In this document: piece by piece, positions 52,649 to 62,539 of the stretch | How positions within the stretch are numbered: position 1 is the stretch's first letter | Layout: the number at the start of each line of letters is the position of its first letter | Origin: Trichosphaerium sp. ATCC 40318 | Lineage: Eukaryota; Protista; Tubulinea | Length of the DNA: 64,000 nt | Assembly: GCA_038496445.1 (NCBI GenBank) | Contig: JALMLS010000093.1 | Span: 558,001 to 622,000, forward strand | Direction of reading: 5' to 3' | The notes under the pieces: generated by a model | Told to the model about the DNA's origin: nothing | Databases searched by the model: none | What the model saw: only the letters and a program-made list of their open reading frames with translations | Translations under genes and position numbers: made by a program

Positions 52649-52918
52649 TTACATTCTTGGGCTTCCGCCTTCGAATGCCATTTTTGCTAGATCTATGTCA
52701 TAGCTGGATATCATTATGATATTTGATACGCCTGTAGGTGGGTAGTAGAGGTCTTCTACCTGTGGGTCCCAAGTCAGAGCGTAGGTGCAGTTTGGTCTGG
52801 TGTTAACCAGGATGCTTTTAGGGACTGTGACCGTGACTTTAATCACTAATGGTCTGCCCAGGAGAGAATTGTATTTTTTACGAACGTACTTTCGCACTGC
52901 TCGGAGTAGTCTTGACAT
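52649..52918 (-). CDS. 89-aa intronless orphan ORF followed directly by an A-tract
   Basis: GC-richer than its flanks. The stop TAA merges into about 30 A residues (T-run near 52618-52650 on the + strand). Confidence 0.45.
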   Translation of the reverse strand: MSRLLRAVRKYVRKKYNSLLGRPLVIKVTVTVPKSILVNTRPNCTYALTWDPQVEDLYYPPTGVSNIIMISSYDIDLAKMAFEGGSPRM

Positions 52919-54654
52919 GTCAAGCAGAAGTATAGATATTATATTTGTAGTATTCGTATGCTTCCACTAGATAAAAAATCAATTTTCCTTTTAACCAAGT
53001 AATTTCTTATTGCAAAAAAATTGTGGTTTGCTACGGTTTTGTAGAAAACCGGTCCAATACGTTGTACACGGTAATAGAAGCATATCAAGTCCAATCGTTA
53101 GCAAAAATATGGATTTCGATGTTGGGATTTAAGATGTGGAGTTATGAAGTAAATCGAGAGTGGCTTATTGAGAAACAAATGTGAAAAAAAGTGAAATTCG
53201 AAAAAATACTTAAATGCAACTTACAATGGTTTCTCCGTTCCTGTGTGGTGTATTCTACGCGTATTTTGATACTAGTCTATATTTACAATGCTTAGAAAGT
53301 CAACGAAAAATAATAAGAACCGAGAATTTGCGTAATCAACCTTTATTTACTACTGGTATATTATAAGGTAAAGTAAGGTGGTTTTGTGTTGTTCTGATCC
53401 AAAAAAAGGTTGATCTTTCTGATGTAGCTTCTCTCAAGCTCTTGTCGCTCAAAACATGCCTCGATTTTATAACATAAACGGATCATAGCGTTGGTGACGG
53501 TTTGAACCAGAAACTGCCTTTTCGGTTCAATAAAAACGTGATCGTACCGTTACCGATTTTCTGTTTACTTTTGCTCTAAAACCAGCTTGTATGTAATATT
53601 AGAGATAGTCACATAACTGTGATGCCGTTGCAACCTTTTTGGCGCTCTTTTTAGTTCAAATATCATATTTGCCTTTCTTTTGTACATTCTAATTCATTGG
53701 CAAGAGCCACAGCGTACCTCTTAGATTCGCGATACTTTAAAGCTCTTTTTAGCTGGTTCTACGTATACAAAAGCGATCACAGTTAGAAACTCGTAAGCAT
53801 GGCTTATCAGCTTGTTGTGACCTGTAGAATATACAAGCGCTTTCTATGATCTACATGCTGACTGCTTTACGCCTTTGGCAAGCGTTCGCATACTGACGAG
53901 GATTTTTGATCCTCAATAGACTTTGTCTCGCTAACAATAGACAATGCGAATGTTCAAAGCCCTTAAGCTTTGTTTCAGATAATGCCACCGTTGCAAGTAA
54001 TAAGCACTAAACCTTAGGCCAAGCGTTTTTATGCGTAGTAAATAACAACGAGAAGAGCAATAGAGACTTTGACCTTGAAGTAACATTTCAGTTTAACTAT
54101 TTAGTCTATTTAATACCTATTGTTATGTGCCATTAAACCGGGATCACCACAATCCCAAGAATTGTCATAATTGCAACTTGACCACAGACCTTTTTTTTTT
54201 TTGAAGGATTACAACGTGCACGCCTTGACATTATTACACCTTTGGCTCGCCACAGGAATTGACCTCTTTGAAGAGTTGAAAAACTCTTTTGGTTACTTTT
54301 TTTTTTTCCGTGTGTACCTAATGAACAATATGCAATCCTATCCCAATTGTAACTTTCCTGTGCGCATTATTATGTAGTCGATTCTAGCTTAGGTTTTGAG
54401 GAGTGTATGTATATAAACTCAACTTCAAGTTTTTTTGATGTTTTTGGTTTAATGTTAGGGTTTTTATGTGGGTGCCTAAATTCTTTATAAATCAGTTCTT
54501 TGTTACTCTAGTAATAAGTGTAGTGGGTTTGAAGGCTTGGTGTATTTTTTCTAAACTGCGAAAAAGGCAAACGAGCACAGTTTTTATTACCGAGTTTATT
54601 GTACAGTTTATGAAACTGTGGCTAGTTCAACGTAGTTAGGTTTTTTTCTCTCGT

Positions 54655-55497
54655 TCATGAACTTCCCCATTGTCCTCCTTGAACTGGTCTTACACCTACT
54701 AATACTTATTTCTACGCTGAGATTGTGTACTAGGGAGTTTTTGACGTACCTGTCGGTTGCGTTGCTGCTGGTGCGTCTGGTGCGTTTAGGCATGCTTGTA
54801 TTAGGTTTTTACCTTCCGGACGGGTTATCATAGGTTGTAGCTTAGGCGTTGCAAATGTGTAAACCTACAATTATTGTTAACGAAACGGTAAATCGGTTTT
54901 TCTTTTTCAAATTTTTCAGAAAAAAGGGTATCGTTTCGAACGCACGTGACCAGTTTCAGAAGCTACAAGTAAGAGGACTTGTGTTCCTGTGAGTGTAGCC
55001 AATTCATATGCCTAGATGAAACGTCAGTGACGATCGGGAAAAACGGAGCTGGCGGTTTGCTTTTTTTTTTTACACGCAAGGTACAGTTTTAGCAAAGCTT
55101 CGAATCAGAAGTTTTTACGTGTACCAGCGTGTAATAAAACGAAATTTAATCGAGAAAGTCCTACCTTCTTCATTATACCAGCTTTTCTTTTTGAGAATGT
55201 TATGTGACGTCTGGATTTATCTGAGGGAAAGCATGAATTGAAGAAAGGAAAAAAAATAACACCGAAAAAACAACAAAAGAAAAAAGAAAAAAGAAAGCTC
55301 TTCACTCACCCTCTATGAATGTTATCTCTATCTTACGTCTTCCTTTCCTTTTAATACCTATTATATTTTACATGAGTTAATAAGGCAACATTTTCCGTTT
55401 ATAAACAAACGAACAAGAACAAAACGTGATGGCATGATACTATTAAAATAAGAAAAACAAAGTCCGTACCATCATCCATTTCGTCACCCATAGACAT
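54655..55497 (-). CDS. SRF: SRF-type (type I) MADS-box transcription factor, very short
   Basis: Spliced: KGRRKIEITFIEDKSRRHITFSKRKAGIMKKAYELATLTGTQVLLLVASETGHVYTFATPKLQPMITRPEGKNLIQACLNAPD. Confidence 0.95.
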
Positions 55498-55825
55498 ATT
55501 TAGAAATATTTACACGTGTTCGCGGTAATATACAAATATTAATTGATAATTATTAAAGTATCACCAAAAGATGGCTGAGTCTGGTACTTGCGATGAAATT
55601 GTTTACTGAGCAAGACTTTCATCAAAAAGCCGGTTTTTTTGGGTTTGACAAGTTTTAAAACGAATTCAATTCGAACCTTCACAAGCTAAGACAACAAATA
55701 TAACATAAAAGCTGATTTTAAATCGAACCACAACGACGATTGTTTTTATTTAATCATTTTTTTTGTTTTGTCAAATGGCGGTTTTAGCCTCTAACTTATA
55801 GCCATTTTTATCAATGTCTGTTTCT

Positions 55826-56820
55826 CTAAACATTGAAACTAAAGTTTTGTGTTAATACCTGTATTGTGCTCGATGCAAGGATCACAAAGAAACCAAAAAA
55901 ACGCACCTGCTTTAGATCCTCTGGAGTCGTCTTGGGGTGACGTTTTTGGATAATTTCTATAATTTTCTCCTTTGAAAGTTTCATTAACATCGCAGGATCT
56001 AGCTTCTCGCAACCACTTTCAGAAGCACCAACACGTGCTGTAACTTCAGCAACTATAAAAAAAAGGGTAAAATTAGATCAACTTGTATACAGCACACGTG
56101 AAAAAAAGACGAAAAGTGACAAACCCTTGTCCTTATTTTTTGTATCTTCTATCATTTTTTTCAAGTCTTCGTCTGTGAGCTTTAGTTTATTCTCTTCAAT
56201 GAGTTTTAGAATATCATCCTTTGAGATGACCTCCTTATCTATGAGTTCAACAAGGTCCTCAGAGAGCTCTAGTGTTTTTGAACTGTCAGTAAGATAAAAA
56301 ACAAAGACTCTCATTAAAGCGGTGAATACGCGCGTACCCTTCTTTTTGAGCATAACCACTATTTCTGCCTATGTGTTTGGTTACTTTAACGTCTGTTATT
56401 AGTACAATATACTCTCATTACCTTTGAAGGGAGGTCTGGAAGCTTTTCTGCCGTTCCTTTTGGAGTATTAGTGAATTTGTACTGTGTAACTCGTATTTAA
56501 TTATAAAACATCGTTGTAGGTCGTTTCTTCGCGTGCCTGTAGTATACACAACGTTGATTTTATCATTAGCGCATTCAGCTAAAACCACACCATCTTCGTC
56601 AAAAATAACGTCGTCTACTACATCGCCGTCATCAAGGTAAGCACCTACTTGCGTTACCGTTGTGCACAATTATTGCGTTCTACATACCCTTTAACTTTAA
56701 AAACTTGATTTTTTTAGTGCTAGTAGCCTCAGCAGCCTCTTTGAGAGCCAATACAGTTGCAGTTGGTTCAAGCGGTAGCTTGAATGTCTTGCCTTGTACT
56801 TTAACAGAATATACCTCCAT
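55826..56820 (-). CDS. Protein with putative N-terminal ubiquitin-like domain and helical C-terminus
   Basis: MEVYSVKVQGKTFKLPLEPTATVLALKEAAEA...LKLKGAYLDDGDVVDDVIFD fits a beta-grasp pattern. The 3' end is approximate. Confidence 0.6.
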
Positions 56821-56995
56821 TACGACTCTGTATGTTGGTAACGCAGCGTTGTTGTTTATGGTAACTTAACTGACCACAGAAAATTAGCGTATTTCCATAC
56901 CCGACACCACTACAGTCTGGAATTTTTGTTCCTAGTACATGCCTGTTTATCAATGGGTTCCCATAGCAAGAAACAAACATCAAAAGTGATTTAAA

Positions 56996-59900
56996 ATGAA
57001 CAAGTTTCAAATAGTAGTCGTAGGGAGCACTGGTGTGGGCAAAAGATCGCTAAAACGCCAGGTCCGGATTGCCATTTTTTTTTAGACCCGTTTATTATAA
57101 AGCTAACCTCCAAAGTTTGCAATACTGAATAGCGATGCTAAAAAGCAAGCTGACAAACCACTTAAAAATTCACAAAAGTACGGTAGAATTACGCGGCTGT
57201 TAAAATTGATCAAGCTAGGCTTGATGATGTACCCTGCGCGTTGAACATTGCAATAGTGGATTCAAAGGACCAAGGAAATAAAGCTGGCTTGATACAAAAA
57301 GGACACGCGTTCGTTATTGTGTACAGCGTTGAGGACAAGTACGTTTAATGACCGAAGAGCGTATTCTTAAACGCATCAATTCAGAAGCACAAACCAAAAA
57401 AAAAACCAACAAAAATGCAATTTGTTTTTTGATTTATTACCGGCTTATAATCGTTTTAGATCATCTTTTGATGGTGTCGCTAGTTGGCGTGATGATATAA
57501 TAGCTTTAAAAAATGAAATGGTGCTGTCACTTTCAGGTCTTGACGGTGATAACGTTCCACCTATTGTTATATGCGCTAATAAATCAGATATCGATGATGG
57601 ACGCGTAATATCGAAAAGTGAGGTACGTTAGACATGTAACATCATTAGAAAAATGTGGTAACGGACAGAATGGAACACGGGTTTTCGGAAATTAGGCCAA
57701 TCTACAAAAAACAAAATCTATTTTTTTTGGCGTTCTAGATCATTTATTTTTAATTTAAAATATGGCATCATTGTTTACAATGTTTATTAGGGCGAAGGGT
57801 TATCGTTTCAGCTCAAAAGCGCGTTTTATGAAATATCGTGTTCGACAACAAAAAACATTAACGTTGTGTACCAACATCTGGTTACGGAGCTTCAGTCGTA
57901 TAGAAGGCGTAGAGTGGTATGTCGATAATTTATGTAACCGTAGGTAAATATTTTTCTTATTCTCGTTTAGAAGCAGCGGAATGGATACTCGGATAAGAAG
58001 AGCTTGAAGAAGACAAAAAAGAAAAAAGGAGCACCGAAAGGTACCAAATTTTTTTTAATTAATTCTGCACGCTTTTCTCGCTCGTACGGCCTCAGTTGAC
58101 ACTTAAAAGGCAAAATAACTCTTGAGGGGCACACGTTTGATCTTGATAAGCCATCTGTTGAGCTTGTAGAGCATTTGATGCGTAGATTGGAGACTAAAGA
58201 AAATGGCACTTCACACAAGAACAACAAGTCTGTTCAGGTCAATAAGCGGCTTTCACAGTTAAGTGAAGAAAACTCGAGGTCCAAACGATTGATTGCAGAG
58301 CATAAGGGTCGAGTTGAAGACTTGGAGAAAAATTTAGAACACGTTAAGAGTAGTTTAAAGGAAGAAGAACAAAAAACAGCGGATCTTAGGCGTAAATTAG
58401 CCAAAACGAAGAGAAAGAAGTTAAAAGAGCGTGACGAAAAGGCAGAGATGGAAGTTAAGCTTAAACGAATGAGAGAAGACGTTAAAAAGTGGAAAGCACA
58501 GTGTGGAGAGCAAAAAGGCCAAATAGATTACTTGGAGACCGGTGAGTGTGACTTTTTTGGACAACAACTTCAAAAAACCCCGAAACCATTGGTGTAGAGT
58601 CAAACAAAATTTTGTCATTCTTTCATTGTCAACATTTTAACGGTCACTTTTGACACTTTGTTTGACACGACATCATTTTTTTTTGATGAATTTTTCTTCG
58701 GTTTCTTAACTTTTTTTTTTGTTTTTAGAGCTCCATAATTCTGAAAGAAGTAGAAGTCGTGGAAGAAGCATTGATAGTGTGCCGTACCCTACGCAAGTAG
58801 AATATGATACTGATTCTGATGGAGAGGGATATAGCCCACCAGAACGAACACTTTCCGCTTCAGGTGAGTTATATTTTTTTTAACCCTTTTTTTGGTATTT
58901 TCTGATATTCTTAGTGTTGAATTACAAGATTGATCTTAGTGATATACTAACATCCAATGAACTTGGTAAAGGATCTTATGGTATTGTTCGTAACGGTTTC
59001 TGGCGTGGCTGTCGTGTACGATAGTATTTTTCTCAAAAAGTCTAAAGAATATTTCTCATTTTTTTCTTCTTTAGATTGCTGTGAAGCAACTTTTAAGTAG
59101 TGCTACTCAAATGCAGCAAGAGGCATTTTATCAAGAAGCTGAGAGGCTATCGTACGTTATAGGATCAGTTTATTACTAGTATAGACATTGCAGTAACATA
59201 TAAACAGGCTCTTGCGACCTCACCCGCATGTAGTTCAATTTTTGGTGCGTTCATATTCTTTCTTTATTGTACATCAGTATCTTTTTGTTTATAATGCAAT
59301 AGGGAGCCACTAATGACTCAGATTCATTGTGTATAGTAACAGAACTAATAGAAGCGGGAACATTGTTGCAACGCCTTCAAGATATATCCTGGACAATATC
59401 TCAAGCGGTTGTAAAAAAAATAGTACTCGGCATTGCTGCAGGTACTCTCACTTTGCTGAGATTTATTCATAATCATAATGTCATATTAGGTATGCTTCAT
59501 CTTCACAAGGAGGGTATTATACACAGGTATGTAATATCGATATTGTGATATGAACGATTTTCTGATGTTTTCTTTAGGGATCTTGCAACACGTGCGTGTC
59601 GCCACCTCATTGCATATTTTTTTTGTCGTTTGCTAACCCTTGTTAGGTAATATATTGGTAGGCAGCATTAATAGTATGTAGGTATTATTGTAGTACTAAC
59701 AACCGCTCTAGATGTCTGCTGATGGACATGTTAAGATTTCTGATTTTGGTATGGAAAATGTCTTATTTGTAATGTTTAGTAACTCCTTTTTGTAAAGGTT
59801 ATGCACGTCAAGTACTTGAACATGAAGATCAAAACACAACTGAACAAAGTACGTACTACAGTAATTGTATTATTTCCCTTTTATTGTACTTACATTTGTG

Positions 59901-61100
59901 GTAGACCTTGGGCCGTTTAGGTGGATGGTATGCGTGTTAAATATTTGACCACTGCGCTTGTTTTCTTTCGTTTTTTAGCTATTTTTTAATACCAATAATA
60001 GGCACCTGAGAGTATGGTGGGAAGCCAGGGCAAATTTTTATACTCGAAAGCCGGCGGTACGATCAAAATGATTTTTGTTCTGGGGGTTTTGGGTTTTATT
60101 GTAGCCATCGTTTCTTACCTTTTTTGGAAGATGTGTGGATGTTCGCTGTTGTATTATATGAGATATTCTATCGGTACGATAAGTTAAAAGAATTGATCGG
60201 TTTTTTTTAATGCCAACTGTGGCTGTTGAACCAATTTTTTTTCATGTGTTTGTGGTTACTTTAATCTAACTTTCTTTTTTCTTGTAGTGAAGTACCTTAC
60301 GCCAATACAAGTTTTACTGAAGTTGTATCTGGTAAATGTCAAACAAGAGATTTATTATTGCCCATCCCAGATATACCAGTAATAGACTATATTATGACAC
60401 AAGGACAGAAGTATGATCCTAAAGAGAGACCAAAATTTTTGGATATTGTAAAAAGGTTACAAGGCCTGAAAGAAGAGGATTTAATACCTGTTCCTCCAGG
60501 TACAAGCTTTTGGGTTTTTTTCAAGCTAAAAGACGAATGTTGACTTTACTAACTCATTTTTTTTACAAAAAAAGGTGGAATTGTTACTCAGAGTCCTTGT
60601 GTTCTACGTATCTCACCTAACATGATTATAAACAAAATGAATCCTCTCATATGTAGTGTTAAAGTAGAGGAAGGTGTAGCACAGGTTGGGATGCTGCTCT
60701 ACATCCCGTCAAAAAAAGTACGCACAGATCTTTGTAAACTACTTTTTTTTGGCTCACATGTGAACACTTGCATTACCACTGACATTATCGTACTAGTTCA
60801 TTGAAATTGGCACAATATCTGCTATATTCCATGGCAACCATCAAGATGAGAAGCATGATGCCATAAAAGGACAGAAAGTAATGCTTAAAGTTCAACAAAC
60901 GAAATCTCAACGATTCGAGTATGGCAAGCATTTTGACTCATCTTGTGCACTGTACAGTAAGGTACGAACTGTTAATCCCTTTTTACAATGTTATCATGAC
61001 CGCGTAAAGAATTTATATGTAAGATTTGTAGAGTTACTAAATGTTACCATAGATACCTCGCGAGACAATGTACATTTTCCAGAGCCTCGTAAAACGGTAA
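56996..61100 (+). CDS. Multidomain protein: degenerate Ras-like domain, coiled coil, tyrosine kinase, eIF5B domain IV-like; more than 20 exons
   Basis: Ras-like: IVVVGSTGVGK, AFVIVYSV, PIVICANKSD, FYEISC. Kinase: LGKGSYG, IAVK, HRDLATRNIL, KISDFG, GPFRWMAPE, DVWMF. C-terminus: PCVLRISPNMIINKMNPLICSVKVEEG...IEIGTISAI...KGQKVMLKV...YGKHFD..LYSKIPRE. Confidence 0.85.
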
Positions 61101-61335
61101 CAAAAAAACACCAAACAAAAACAACTCCTATCTGTAAATTACACCATAAAACCACTTCTAAGTAAGCCCCACTATTCTAGTACGCGTATCTTTTACGCGC
61201 TCGGTCTTCGTAAGTCCAATACTGCGAGTTTCGCCATATTTTTTGCGTGTTCAAGTAACTGAATGATCTTTTTTTAATTTTTTGTATTTTTTTTTTAGTT
61301 GTTTCTTTTTTTATAATATGGAGATATGGATATCT

Positions 61336-62283
61336 TCAGCACGTTTGTTTATAGTCTTGTAGAACACGTATTGTTTGTTTAATTTCTTCTTCAAAAGTTG
61401 AAAGGTTTCTTGTTACATTATCCAATTCTTCATGTGCGCAATATGTCTCCAACGTCTTTGCCATTGTGTGAACCTAATGTATTTATAAGTTGTTATTTTT
61501 TAATAGCTCTCCTCAAGCAACAAAAGAGGAGACCCAGAAACGCCCAAAAGAAAACAAAAAGTCCTTAAAAAACACGTGTGCTAAACGCATCAAAAAAAAG
61601 GGTTTTAAGGTTGATAACGTTGTTTTTATGATCACAAATAAATAAATGAGGAAGCATAAGAACTCTATGGAGTAATGGACGTCAATGACTTTTTTGTTTA
61701 ATGAAATGAAAAAAATCCGTAATGACACGCGTTTTAACAAGTAAGAGAATGGATTAGAGTGGTTTTTACAAAAAACACGTACCCTTGATGCACCCATATA
61801 CATACTTGCTCCTTTTATACTGTGCACATATATTCTGGCGTTTTGAGCATCGTTTTTAGCTAATGCTTCCTATTGTCGCGTCATTATGATCCTTTTGTTT
61901 GTAATTCTTCTCTACGCACCTTAAACTTCTGCATTTGCGTCTTGGTGCTATCAAAAAACGTGTCTATCAGTTCTATTGTATATTCCGTGTCTCCTCCAGT
62001 AGTTTTCTCTAGGTCTCCGGAAACGAATCTACAGCGCTGTTAGCCGCGTATTAGAGGCTTCTAGGGCTATTTTAAATAAATCAGACAAACCTTTGCGTAT
62101 CAGCAAGCTTAAAAGTGTCTGTAGGTGCTATTGGCTCCGCTTTTCTACTTTAGACGTTAATGTAACAAATTTCCATAAACCACTTTTTTACCTTTCAGGT
62201 GCTCCTTCGACCTTACTACCGTATAGTATCCAATTCAGAGTACCCGTGATGTAAGTTACCATAATCTGAAGGCTGTTACCCAT
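61336..62283 (-). CDS. Stand-alone histidine phosphotransfer (HPt) protein (Ypd1/RdeA-like)
   Basis: GGDTEYTIELIDTFFDST...ALAKNDAQNARIYVHSIKGASMYMGASRV..AKTLE contains the phospho-accepting HxxKG motif. N-terminus MGNSLQ. Confidence 0.9.
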
Positions 62284-62539
62284 ATTTTACGTCTAACTGT
62301 ATTATTCGAGTGCGAATAGCTTTGTACAAGCGCAATAGTATATTTTTAAGCGTTAACAATGAGTTTGACTTGCAATTTTCAAAAAACACAGAAAATGAAG
62401 CCAAGGCTTTCTCAAAATAGCTCACAAGAAAAAACAGACACAAAAATGTTCGCTAAAACTATGTGCATAACGGTGGAGATTTACCAACAGAATCTGCACG
62501 TCTTGGTTTGAGGAATAAGAAAAACAAGGAGAGAACAGA

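Noticed and set aside
58599-58667. 10-bp inverted repeat (gtcaaacaaa/tttgtttgac) in a kinase intron; considered as an introner/MITE
   Set aside because: Short and AT-rich, and no related intron sequence was seen elsewhere in the window.
56996-61100. Roco protein or degraded eIF5B gene as the identity of the fusion
   Set aside because: There is no COR domain. The G-domain is Ras-like rather than a translational GTPase, and eIF5B domains II-III are absent.
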